Shown: positions 9,349-18,284 of the stretch, piece by piece | Layout of the letters: every line of letters starts with the position of its first letter | How positions within the stretch are numbered: the first letter of the stretch is position 1 | Origin: Capsulimonadales bacterium | GTDB taxonomy: Bacteria; Armatimonadota; Armatimonadia; Armatimonadales; Armatimonadaceae | Reading direction: 5' to 3' | NCBI GenBank assembly: GCA_033762295.1 | Contig: JANRLW010000011.1 | Location: 1-37,751 of the forward strand | DNA length: 37,751 nucleotides | Made by a program: the position numbers and the translations under genes | The notes under the pieces: model-generated | The model's database searches: none | What the model was told of the DNA's origin: nothing | Seen by the model: only the letters and a program-made list of their open reading frames with translations

Positions 9349-9412
9349 CCGTTTCGATTACACCGCAATCAGTGAAAACGCAATAAACGATAAGGCTGAG
9401 AGGAGTTTGGAA

Positions 9413-10606
9413 ATGACGAACGCTTTGCGCCAGACACGACGAAAGACGGAAGCGCCGGTTCGAAACACAATGGATCTCACGACCGGAGGGGATTTTTCGC
9501 ATCCCCTGGACACCGTTCTTGATTGCGCAACCGATGCCCGTGTGCCATTGCTTCTTTGGGGACCGCCCGGGATCGGCAAAAGCGCCCTCGTGACCTCCTG
9601 GGCACGCCGGCGTGGATTGCCCTGCTGGACCGTGATCGCATCGCTCCGGGAGCCCGCCGATTTCGGCGGCCTTCCTTTGATCACCCACGGAGGGGACGGG
9701 GAGGCAAGCGTCACCTTTGCTCCTCCGCGATTCGCGCAGGAGGCCGCCCGTGACGGAGGCGTTATTTTCCTGGATGAACTGACCACCGCCCCACCCGCGG
9801 TTCAGGCGGCACTGCTCCGGGCGGTCGTCGATCGTGCGTTCGGTGATTTGCAAATGGACCCCGATAAGGTGACCATTCTGGCCGCTGCGAATCCGCCCGA
9901 GTATGCGGCGGGTGGCTGGGATCTGGCGGCGCCGCTGGCGAACCGCTTCCTCCACCAGACGTTCCTTCCCGACGCAGGAGAGTGGGTCGAGTCGTTTGCC
10001 GGCTACTGGGGACAGCCTCCCCGGTTATCCTTCAACGGACGGGGCGTGAGCGAGACCGCGTGGGCGGATGCCCGCTCTCTCGTTTCCACCTTCCTGCGCT
10101 CCCGTCCTCGTCTGCTCCTGGCGCTACCGGCGGAGGAGAGCCGTCGGGGTGGAGCCTGGCCGTCTCCCCGCTCGTGGGACTATGCCAGTCGCATCCTTGC
10201 CGGGAACCGGGGGCGGCTTTCCGAGATCCTGCCCCTGTTGAGCGGGTGTGTTGGCGAGGGCGCCGCCGTCGAGTTCTGTCACTGGCTGCGGGAAATGGAC
10301 CTGCCCGATCCCGATGAGCTGCTGGCATCGCCGAAGTCCTATATCCACCCGGATCGGGCCGATCGGGCGTATGCGATCCTCTCCTCGGTCACCCAGCGGG
10401 CGATCAGCACGGGCCTTTCCCCGAAACGATGGGAGGCGGCCTGGACCATCCTGGCCAGCGCGGCGGAAGCCGGTGGCGCGGACGTCGCCGCAGCGGCTGC
10501 CAGGGCGCTGGCCCGGTCCCGGGGAGATCGTGAGGACCTTCCTCTTCCCCGACGCGAACTCATGCCGTTTCTTCCGGTGCTTCGCTCCGCAGGAATCCTG
10601 GGTTAG
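9413..10606 (+). CDS. MoxR-family AAA+ ATPase
   Basis: Walker A GPPGIGKS, Walker B IFLDE, sensor I AAN, Arg finger LANRF, SPRSW; ATG 9413 behind AGGAG. Confidence 0.9.
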   Translation: MTNALRQTRRKTEAPVRNTMDLTTGGDFSHPLDTVLDCATDARVPLLLWGPPGIGKSALVTSWARRRGLPCWTVIASLREPADFGGLPLITHGGDGEASVTFAPPRFAQEAARDGGVIFLDELTTAPPAVQAALLRAVVDRAFGDLQMDPDKVTILAAANPPEYAAGGWDLAAPLANRFLHQTFLPDAGEWVESFAGYWGQPPRLSFNGRGVSETAWADARSLVSTFLRSRPRLLLALPAEESRRGGAWPSPRSWDYASRILAGNRGRLSEILPLLSGCVGEGAAVEFCHWLREMDLPDPDELLASPKSYIHPDRADRAYAILSSVTQRAISTGLSPKRWEAAWTILASAAEAGGADVAAAAARALARSRGDREDLPLPRRELMPFLPVLRSAGILG

Positions 10607-10618
10607 GAGGTCGAGGTT

Positions 10619-11953
10619 ATGGTGACAACGGTTAGTACCTTCACGGCATCGGACGCCCGAGCCACCGTCCCGGCTTCGGAAACCCGTGGCGGGACGCAAT
10701 CTCCTCCTCTGGCCGATACCCGGGTATCTGCGGCGCTCCTGCGTCTCTCGGTCGATCGCCCCTACCTTTCTCATGCCCTTTGGTCGCTCCGTCGTATCCC
10801 GACCACGGCGATCGATACCATGGCGGTCGACGCGGACTGGCGACTCTATTACAATCCGGAACGGGTGATGACGGACTGGAGTACCCGGCAGACCGCTGCC
10901 GTTCTGTATCACGAAATCTGTCATCTTCTCAGGGATCACGCCGGACGCGCACCCGCCGAAGCACAAACGGACCAGTGGACAGCGTACCTGTGGAATGTCG
11001 CCGCGGATGCCGAGATCAACGACGATCTCAGGGCGGAAGGACAGGAACTCCCCGGCAGTCCGATCTTTCCCGATACGATCGGCTGCCGGACGGGCCTTAC
11101 CGCCGAGGAGTATTTCGCGGCGGTAAAAAATGTTACGACGCCTTCGCCGGAATCGATTCCGGAATCGATTCCGGAATCGATTCCGGAATCGGGTGCGGGA
11201 CGGTGCGGTTCCTGCGCCCATGGGCACCGTGAGCGGTATGAAAGCATCGCGGCCTCCGCAGGCGTTGACGGTCTGGGAGAGGGCGAGGACCGGCTCATCC
11301 GTCAAAGCGTCGCCATTGCGATCCGCGAAGCATCCGGCGTTGGCGGGTGGGGCAACATCCCCGGCACCTGGCAGCGTTGGGCCGACGCGGTGCTTCAACC
11401 CCCTGCCGTCGATTGGCGTCGGGAACTGGCGGCGAGTATTCGTCAGTCGCTTGCCGAAACGATCGGCTGTGTGGACTATCGGTATACCCGCCCGGGACGC
11501 CGTCAGGCGGCTCTGCCCCAGTTTGTCGTCCCCCGGCTGGTAGCGCCTGTGCCGCGGGTAGCGGTTACGATCGACACCAGTGGCAGCATGGGTGAAGGGG
11601 ATCTGAACCGGGCCATAATCGAGACCGCAAATCTTTTGAAGGCCAACGGCCTGCGAGAAAGCCTGACGGTACTGGCGGTCGATTCGGCGGTACACGGTTG
11701 TTCATCCGTCTTTTCCGCCCGGCAAATCCGGCCTCTTCTCAAGGGAGGGGGTGGTACCGATATGGGTATGGCGATCGCGGCTGCCGAAGGACTGCGTCCC
11801 TGTCCCGATGTGCTGATCGTGATCACCGACGGACTCACGGGCTGGCCGGACAATCCCCCCAGGGGAATCGGACGGGTGATCATTGTGCTGACCCGTTTTT
11901 GCTCCTGGGCAACCCCTTCCTGGGCCAGGACGATCCGGGTGGATACCCGATAG
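10619..11953 (+). CDS. Metallopeptidase-like + vWA domain protein (DUF2201 family)
   Basis: HEICH (HExxH), WNVAADAEIND, MIDAS DTSGSM, GGGGTDM, VITDG; SD AGGAGG; directly after the MoxR gene. Confidence 0.88.
   Translation: MVTTVSTFTASDARATVPASETRGGTQSPPLADTRVSAALLRLSVDRPYLSHALWSLRRIPTTAIDTMAVDADWRLYYNPERVMTDWSTRQTAAVLYHEICHLLRDHAGRAPAEAQTDQWTAYLWNVAADAEINDDLRAEGQELPGSPIFPDTIGCRTGLTAEEYFAAVKNVTTPSPESIPESIPESIPESGAGRCGSCAHGHRERYESIAASAGVDGLGEGEDRLIRQSVAIAIREASGVGGWGNIPGTWQRWADAVLQPPAVDWRRELAASIRQSLAETIGCVDYRYTRPGRRQAALPQFVVPRLVAPVPRVAVTIDTSGSMGEGDLNRAIIETANLLKANGLRESLTVLAVDSAVHGCSSVFSARQIRPLLKGGGGTDMGMAIAAAEGLRPCPDVLIVITDGLTGWPDNPPRGIGRVIIVLTRFCSWATPSWARTIRVDTR
11147..11191. repeat. In-frame 12-bp tandem repeat (CCGGAATCGATT x3.75), self-complementary
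   Basis: Units at 11147, 11159, 11171 and a partial at 11183; encodes PESI-PESI-PESI-PES. Confidence 0.95.
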
Positions 11954-12016
11954 CCCCCGGCATCGACGGATTCAATCAACGAACCGATTAAACCGAATAA
12001 AGTAAACGCGAATGAG

Positions 12017-13273
12017 GTGATCGTAATGAAGGATGAAATGGAATACGATTTCCAGGTGACCGAAGAAGACCTCGAACTGGCCTTCCTTGCTCTGGCGACC
12101 TTTGTCTGCAGCCGCTGCCGCAAGCCCCTGGACCGCACGGTGCCGAGGCCATCCTATGGACGCTCATGGGATGCCCGTAACGACAAACATATCTGCTGCA
12201 ATACCGCCCACTGCCCTTTCTGCGGCAAGCCGTCCACAGCGAGGTGCCGTCACCTGGTAACCAGGCGAGAGTACGGCAAGTGGTTGCTCCGAGGCGTGTT
12301 TCGCAAATGGGACGGGGTGCCGATTCAGCCATTTGCCGCCTGCCACGGTATTCCGGAGACCCGGACGATCGACTTCGACGACGAGCAGAAGCAGGAGGCG
12401 TTCGGTTCTGCCTTTGACTGGATCGACCGGGTTTACGGTGAAGGCTTTACCGTAAAATCTGACGCCGAGATCCCTCTGGCGCCGATTATCGGCCCGGAGG
12501 GCGTCGGAACGGAGCATAGGATGGAAACAAACGCCGCCGGACGCTTCAACCACTATCACTTTTCGCGGAATCCCGAGTCGGTGCGTGATCGGACCCGGCA
12601 AATGATTATTGACCTGAACGAAGGAGCCAAACGAATGAAATCCCATGTCCCTGCCGCGACACGTTTTCTTCTCCATCAGTTGACGCCTGCAGACGACGAG
12701 AGGGGTATCTCGGCGCTTCAGTTCTCCCCGGACGGGCGTCTGCTACTGATCGGGTTACCGGGCAAGGGGCAACTCTGGGACGTTGAAACGGGGCGTCTCG
12801 TACATAGCCTCGCCGTTCCCCAGAGTAACACGAATAGAAGAGATATCACGGCGTCATTCTCGCCGGACGGTCGACGTGTCTCCGTAACTCCTTCGACCGA
12901 ATGGCCCGGTTACTCCAACCCGTCCGGGCACAAGTGGCTGGACGAGACAAGCGTTTTCGATGTCGCGACCGGGCGCCAAATCGGTAAGGTCGAGGCGATC
13001 AACCTGCCGACGGTCCGAACCGGGATTGTCACGGAAGCGCTACTCGCCGGTGGTTCGGTGATCGCCCGGGCACGGGGCCGATTCATCCATCTGGCCCCGA
13101 TCGATAAAGCAGGACAGCAGGTATTGGGAGGCAAGCGGCCCGTCCGGTTGCCCCACCGGACGGTCCTGCGCCACTGCGCCTTCTCACCGGATGGCCGGAC
13201 CCTGGCGACCATCCAGTCCGACCACGGCAACTACCTGAAGCTTGCATGTCACGTGTTGCTGTGGCGCCTGTAA
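12017..13273 (+). CDS. Hypothetical protein with N-terminal Cys-rich (Zn-finger-like) region and C-terminal WD40-like repeats
   Basis: CSRC, CC..AHCPFC..CRH; three FSPDG blades, LWDVETG, FDVATG; start may be 12017 or 12026. Confidence 0.65.
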   Translation: MIVMKDEMEYDFQVTEEDLELAFLALATFVCSRCRKPLDRTVPRPSYGRSWDARNDKHICCNTAHCPFCGKPSTARCRHLVTRREYGKWLLRGVFRKWDGVPIQPFAACHGIPETRTIDFDDEQKQEAFGSAFDWIDRVYGEGFTVKSDAEIPLAPIIGPEGVGTEHRMETNAAGRFNHYHFSRNPESVRDRTRQMIIDLNEGAKRMKSHVPAATRFLLHQLTPADDERGISALQFSPDGRLLLIGLPGKGQLWDVETGRLVHSLAVPQSNTNRRDITASFSPDGRRVSVTPSTEWPGYSNPSGHKWLDETSVFDVATGRQIGKVEAINLPTVRTGIVTEALLAGGSVIARARGRFIHLAPIDKAGQQVLGGKRPVRLPHRTVLRHCAFSPDGRTLATIQSDHGNYLKLACHVLLWRL

Positions 13274-13420
13274 CGCAAACCGGGGCACCGGAACGCGGAT
13301 CGGTCGTAACCGCCGGGGAGCCCTTGCGCAAGCGGAGAAGGGGCATAGGGGGCAACAACTCTCAAAGATCCTGAGGAGCGAAGAAGGCGATGAGCGGGAT
13401 ATCCTGGAAAGGGGGGGAAA

Positions 13421-13493
13421 CGCACCCGGCGAGGTTCGAACTCACGACCTTCTGCTCCGGAGGCAGACGCTCTATCCACTGAGCTACGGGTGC
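13421..13493 (-). tRNA. tRNA-Arg(CCG), CCA not encoded
   Basis: Minus strand GCACCCG TAGCTCAGTGGATAGAGC GTCTGC-CTCCGGA-GCAGA AGGTC GTGAG TTCGAAC CTCGC CGGGTGC G: full cloverleaf with anticodon CCG. Confidence 0.97.
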
Positions 13494-13504
13494 AGTTAAG
13501 CAAC

Positions 13505-13533
13505 AGTATACCGCCGTTTCGAAAGCCTTGCCA
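13505..13533 (-). promoter_or_regulatory. Putative tRNA promoter
   Basis: Minus strand TGGCAA-N17-TATACT, ending 11 nt before the tRNA 5' end. Confidence 0.45.
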
Positions 13534-13557
13534 GAGACGAAACGAATATACCGGCGG

Positions 13558-13594
13558 AAAACGCCGGTAACGGGTACCGTATCCGTTACCGGCG
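13558..13594 (-). terminator. Rho-independent terminator of the AhpD-like gene
   Basis: CGCCGGTAACGG...CCGTTACCGGCG 12-bp stem followed by TTTT on the minus strand. Confidence 0.75.
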
Positions 13595-13600
13595 GGTGCC

Positions 13601-14152
13601 TTACTCCCCTTTTCCGTTGAGAAGGTCGACTTTCGGAAAATCGATCTCGGTCTGCGCGACGTTGTTCAGGTAATTGGTGAAAACGTTCAGGGCGACATGG
13701 GCGACGATTTCCGCGATGTCACCGTCCGTGTACCCGGCCTGCCGAACCTGGTCGAGGGCAGCATCGCGGACCTGACCGCGGTGTTCCAGAACCTCACGGG
13801 CAAAGGTCAGGGCCGCCGCCATCTTCGCATCGGAGGCTTGACCGTTTCGTGCATCGAGCAATTCGGCGTCGTTCAGGCCGACCATCTTGCCAATCGCAGT
13901 GTGGGCCGAGGCACAGTAGCCGCAACCATTGCTTTCGGCGATCATCAGCGCGAGACGCTCGCGAAACTTCGCCGGAAGCCTCCCATGTCCCAGAGCATCG
14001 CTGAGGGCAAGATACCCCTTGAGAGCGGCGGGAGAATTCGCCATCGTCTTTACCAGGTTCGGTACCATTTTCATCTTGGCCTGGGTCGCATCCAGCAGTT
14101 CACGGGCTTCGCCGGTTGCCTGAGCGGGTTCGACGGATGTCAGACGTTGCAT
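13601..14152 (-). CDS. AhpD-like alkylhydroperoxidase / carboxymuconolactone decarboxylase family protein
   Basis: MVPNL...MANSPAAL, E.LAL...NGCGYCASAH, VALNVFTNY.N; ATG 14152 behind GGAGGT. Confidence 0.9.
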   Translation of the reverse strand: MQRLTSVEPAQATGEARELLDATQAKMKMVPNLVKTMANSPAALKGYLALSDALGHGRLPAKFRERLALMIAESNGCGYCASAHTAIGKMVGLNDAELLDARNGQASDAKMAAALTFAREVLEHRGQVRDAALDQVRQAGYTDGDIAEIVAHVALNVFTNYLNNVAQTEIDFPKVDLLNGKGE

Positions 14153-14288
14153 TCGGATACCTCCGTAATTTTTCATACTCTGACCGGATTGTTTACGGTC
14201 CGTCCCATCTACAAACGGCCCCCTGAAATCGTTCCACCCCGGATTCGTTGCGGGATGCACGGACTATCCGAATCACACTGTACCGCTG

Positions 14289-15011
14289 TTATTCGACGTG
14301 CTCGGCGGCGGTGCGCATAGGGCCGACCATCGGGCGGAGAATACCGACAACACGCGTAATCAGGGCCGCCACCTGCGGTAGACGCAACAGGAAACGGAAA
14401 CGGGCCAGCGCATCGTGGCCGACCGAAATCAACTCCTGCGTCGCCTGCTGCGCCTCCGACCGATCCTGCAGCCAGAACAGCACAAGCAAAAGATGGGCGG
14501 CGTAGATCAGGGTCGTCAACTCCTCGGCACGCTGCCCCTTCGCACTGTCCGTCGCGCCGGTGACGACGCCAAAATAGACCTGCCAGACCCGCGTCCGAAC
14601 CGGCGTTGCCTGCGCTCCCAGAACCGCCACCTCCGAATCCGGCATCATGCCGATCCCCGCCAGCGCCGCGAACGCCCCGCGGTACGGTTCGCAACGGCGC
14701 AAATCCGCACGCATGACCGCCGCCACACGGTCCGCCAATGTCCCCGGCGGAAGCAATGCCGCCTCCTCCTCCAGTTCCGTCACCAGTCGTTCGTACAGGG
14801 CGATGACGAACGCTTCCTTGCTGGGAAAATAACGATAGGTCAGGCCCAGCGCGACATCGGCCCGCGCCGCGATATCCCGAAGGGTCGTCGCCTGATATCC
14901 GCGTTCGGCGAACAACTCCAGCGCGGCATTCAATATCTGCTCCCGCGTTTTCTCGGCCTTTCGACCGCGCCGAACGGAACCGGCCTCCGCTTCGCCTGTT
15001 TCACTGCTCAT
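14289..15011 (-). CDS. TetR/AcrR family transcriptional regulator
   Basis: TREQILNAALELFAERGYQATTLRDIAARADVALGLTYRYFPSKE. Confidence 0.93.
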   Translation of the reverse strand: MSSETGEAEAGSVRRGRKAEKTREQILNAALELFAERGYQATTLRDIAARADVALGLTYRYFPSKEAFVIALYERLVTELEEEAALLPPGTLADRVAAVMRADLRRCEPYRGAFAALAGIGMMPDSEVAVLGAQATPVRTRVWQVYFGVVTGATDSAKGQRAEELTTLIYAAHLLLVLFWLQDRSEAQQATQELISVGHDALARFRFLLRLPQVAALITRVVGILRPMVGPMRTAAEHVE

Positions 15012-15032
15012 AGTTGATCCCGAAAATAAAAA

Positions 15033-15106
15033 TGAACATGTTCAAAATTCCTTGACGACCGGGGAGAACCGCGATATCCTGAGTTCATACAAAGTGAACA
15101 TGTTCA
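15033..15106. promoter_or_regulatory. Twin palindromic operators flanking a sigma70 promoter
   Basis: TGAACATGTTCA at 15033-15044 and 15095-15106; TTGACG (15052)-N17-TATCCT (15075) between them. Confidence 0.8.
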
Positions 15107-15161
15107 TTTTATCATGGTTTTGAACGAAACGCCGACCATCCGGCGTCACGGAGGCTTCTCC

Positions 15162-15533
15162 ATGGGCTACGTCGTCGCTACCTACACCGTTTACCTGACC
15201 CTGTCCGTCGTCCTTACCGTTTGGACGGCCACCACCCTGTTCCGTAACGGACGCGTCTTCCTGATCGATGTCTTTCATGGCAACGAAACCATCGCCGACA
15301 GCGTCAATCAACTCCTCGTCGTCGGGTTCTACCTGATCAACCTTGGCTATGTCTGCCTGATGATGCAGGTCGGCGGCGATGTCCCCTACCTGCGCGACTG
15401 CTTCGAAGCGGTCGCCCGAAAGATGGGCCTGGTTCTCCTCAGCCTGGGAGGAATGCACTTCCTGAACCTGTATCTTTTCAGCAAGATCCGCCGCCAGCGG
15501 CTGCTGGAACGCGAACTCTCCCTCGGGCGCTGA
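15162..15533 (+). CDS. Small integral membrane protein of unknown function
   Basis: About three hydrophobic segments; ATG 15162 behind GGAGG; divergent from TetR. Confidence 0.8.
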   Translation: MGYVVATYTVYLTLSVVLTVWTATTLFRNGRVFLIDVFHGNETIADSVNQLLVVGFYLINLGYVCLMMQVGGDVPYLRDCFEAVARKMGLVLLSLGGMHFLNLYLFSKIRRQRLLERELSLGR

Positions 15534-15552
15534 CCCGTGACCGTTCGGTCGA

Positions 15553-15582
15553 GACGGCCTGCCCGGTATCGGGCGGGCCGTC
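15553..15582. terminator. Hairpin between convergent genes
   Basis: GACGGCCTGCCCG-GTAT-CGGGCGGGCCGTC. Confidence 0.6.
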
Positions 15583-15596
15583 AACCCTGTCCCGGA

Positions 15597-18284
15597 CTAT
15601 TCCAGGCTTGCCAATCGGTCGCGAAGCTTCGTCCCTCGTTCCTGTAGATCCGCTGCCTGCGACCGCGCCTTCTCCACGACCGCCGGCGGCGCGGAGGCGA
15701 CGAAGCTCTCATTGGACAGCCGGCCGACCACCCCGGACAACTCCTTTTCCAGCTTCGCCAGTTCCTTCTCGATTCGCGCCCGTTCCTGAGCGATCTCCTC
15801 GGCGGACGCCCTCGGCCGGGGCAGACGAACCTCTCCGTAACGGTTGGGCATGCCGACCGTTTCGCCCGGCACATCGCCGATCGCCAGCGGCGAACACCGT
15901 GTCAAAAACTCGATCAACGGCGCGTTCACCCGGGCGATCTCTCCGAAACCCGGTTCGGACGGAATAAAGTATGCCTCCCCGCCCTTCTTCAGCTGGTTCT
16001 CCGCCTGAACGTTGCGGATCGTCCGGGTTATCTCCTGAACGATCTCCCATTCGGCTTCCGCTTCTTCGTCCCGCCGCGCCACCTCTCCGGTCGGGAACGC
16101 CGCGAACATCAGGTAGCCGGTTCCCGCGTTCGCCTTCGCCCCCGGCAGCGCCTGCCAGATCGCTTCCGTGATGAACGGCATGATCGGATGCAGCAGACGC
16201 AAGGTTCGTTCCAGAACATATCCGAGGACCGCTTTCGCCTCCGCCGCGCCCTCCCCCTGAAACCGGGGTTTCGCCGCCTCGATGTACCAGTCGCAGAAAT
16301 CATCCCAGAAAAATTGATACAGGGCGCGCGCCGCGTCATCCAAATTGTACGTCCCGAATGCGTCCCCCACCGTTTCGGCGGTTGCCGACAGGCGGGACAG
16401 AATCCAGCGGTCCACCAGCGTGGTCGGGGTGGGTTGCCGGTTGTCGCCCATCGGGGCCGCGCCTTCGAGGTTGAGCAGGGCGAAACGGGACGCGTTCCAG
16501 ATCTTGTTGCAAAAATTCCGTGCCTGCTCCACCTGCTCCTGACGACCGTCCTTGATCGGTTTCATCCGAATATCCTGGCGAAGGCCGGCCTGGCTCATCA
16601 GGAAATAGCGCAGAGCGTCCGCCCCGTACAGTTCGATCAGGTCGAGCGGGTCGATACCGTTCCCCTTGGACTTGCTCATGCGACGACCATGCTCGTCCAG
16701 AATCGTCGCGTGAATGTAGACATCGTCAAACGGTTTCTCACCGAGGAACTCCTCGCCGGCCATAATCATTCGCGCCACCCAGAGATACAGAATCTCCTGG
16801 GCCGTGAACAGTCCGTTCGTCGGGTAGTAGTACTTCAGGTCGGCGTCGGAATCGGGCCAACCCAGCGTCGCGAACGGCCAGAGAGCGGACGAGAACCAGG
16901 TGTCGAGCACATCCTCCACCTGCTCGATGTCGGCGGTTCCTGCCTTCTCCTCCGCTTGTTCGCGGGTTCGGGCCGCAACGTACGATGCCTGATCGTCCGG
17001 ATCGCCGCCGGACTTGCGCCAGAGTGGCATTCGGTGACCCCACCAGAGCTGCCGGGAGATCGGCCAGTCGCGCAGGTTCTCCATCCAGGTCAGGTAGATC
17101 TCGCGGTATCGGCCCGGCAGGAAACGCACCTCGTCGTTCCTCGCCGCGGCGATCGCCTTCGACACCATCGGGGTTCCGGTCATCCTGCAAAACCATTGAC
17201 GCGAAAGCAGCGGCTCGATCACCGTCTTGCAGCGATCACAGCGTCCGACCGACTTGGTGTGCGGTTCGGTCTTCACCAGGTAGCCCTGCGCCTCCAGATC
17301 CTCCAGAATCCGCTTTCGCGCCTCGAACCGGTCCGATCCCGCATAGGCGCCGGCGTTCTCGTTCATCCTCCCATCCGGGCCGATCACGATCACGGTCGGC
17401 AGATGATTCCGCACTCCGGCCTCGAAGTCGTTCGGGTCATGGGCGGGCGTCACCTTGACCGCGCCCGTACCGAAATCCATCTCCGCGAAGTCGTCGGCGA
17501 TCAGCGGGATTTCGCGGTGAACGAGCGGCAGCACGAGCGCCTTTCCGATCCGCCCCTCGTAACGGGGGTCCTTCGGGTTGACGGCAACCGCCGTATCGCC
17601 GAGCATCGTCTCCGGGCGGGTCGTCGCCACCGTCACCTCACCCGAACCGTCCGCGAACGGGTAGCGAATATGGTAGAGGAACGACTGCTCGTCCTCTCGT
17701 TCCACCTCGATATCGGAAATGGCCGTGCGATGGAAAGGACACCAGTTGACGATCCGATAGCCCAGGTAGATATATCCCTGCTCGTAAAGGCGTTCGAACA
17801 CCACCATGATCGCGTCCACATAGGGTTCATCCAGGGTGTAGCGGGTCCGCTCCCAGTCGTAGGAACAGCCAAGTCGCTTTAACTGGTTCAGGATCGTATT
17901 GCCATACTGATCCGCCCACTGGTTCACCCGCTCGGTAAACGCCTCACGCCCCAGATCATAACGGGTCAACTTTTCCTTGGCGATATCCCGCTCCACCACC
18001 GATTGCGTGGAAATCCCGCCATGGTCGGTGCCCGGCAGAATCAACGTGTTGTGACCGCTCATTCGCTTCCAGCGTCCGAGGGTGTCCATGATGGTGTTAT
18101 TCAGCGCATGGCCGAGGTGCAGCGCGCCGGTGATATTGGGCGGCGGAATGGTGATGCAGTACCGTTTCGGGTTGTCGTCGGGCACGGCGCGAAAGCATCG
18201 GTCGGCAAGCCACCGTTCGTAAACGGCGGTTTCGGTGGTTGCCGGATCGTAGCGTGTTGGCAGTTCCTGAAAGTGATCGCTCAT
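15597..18284 (-). CDS. valS: Valine--tRNA ligase
   Basis: PPPNITGALHLGH (HIGH), GTDH, ATTRPET, VTPAHD, ISRQLWWGH, DTWFSS, RMSKS (KMSKS), C-terminal coiled coil; ATG 18284 behind GGAGGA. Confidence 0.98.
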   Translation of the reverse strand: MSDHFQELPTRYDPATTETAVYERWLADRCFRAVPDDNPKRYCITIPPPNITGALHLGHALNNTIMDTLGRWKRMSGHNTLILPGTDHGGISTQSVVERDIAKEKLTRYDLGREAFTERVNQWADQYGNTILNQLKRLGCSYDWERTRYTLDEPYVDAIMVVFERLYEQGYIYLGYRIVNWCPFHRTAISDIEVEREDEQSFLYHIRYPFADGSGEVTVATTRPETMLGDTAVAVNPKDPRYEGRIGKALVLPLVHREIPLIADDFAEMDFGTGAVKVTPAHDPNDFEAGVRNHLPTVIVIGPDGRMNENAGAYAGSDRFEARKRILEDLEAQGYLVKTEPHTKSVGRCDRCKTVIEPLLSRQWFCRMTGTPMVSKAIAAARNDEVRFLPGRYREIYLTWMENLRDWPISRQLWWGHRMPLWRKSGGDPDDQASYVAARTREQAEEKAGTADIEQVEDVLDTWFSSALWPFATLGWPDSDADLKYYYPTNGLFTAQEILYLWVARMIMAGEEFLGEKPFDDVYIHATILDEHGRRMSKSKGNGIDPLDLIELYGADALRYFLMSQAGLRQDIRMKPIKDGRQEQVEQARNFCNKIWNASRFALLNLEGAAPMGDNRQPTPTTLVDRWILSRLSATAETVGDAFGTYNLDDAARALYQFFWDDFCDWYIEAAKPRFQGEGAAEAKAVLGYVLERTLRLLHPIMPFITEAIWQALPGAKANAGTGYLMFAAFPTGEVARRDEEAEAEWEIVQEITRTIRNVQAENQLKKGGEAYFIPSEPGFGEIARVNAPLIEFLTRCSPLAIGDVPGETVGMPNRYGEVRLPRPRASAEEIAQERARIEKELAKLEKELSGVVGRLSNESFVASAPPAVVEKARSQAADLQERGTKLRDRLASLE

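Noticed and set aside
11147..11191. Repeat considered as a CRISPR array
   Set aside because: No spacers, 12-bp unit, in frame within a CDS, no cas genes
13242..13503. Short ORFs spanning the tRNA
   Set aside because: Overlap the tRNA-Arg gene; spurious
16188..17882. 564-aa ORF antisense to valS (likewise 10124-11695, 22612-23865, 26706-28307)
   Set aside because: Shadow ORFs opposite well-supported genes
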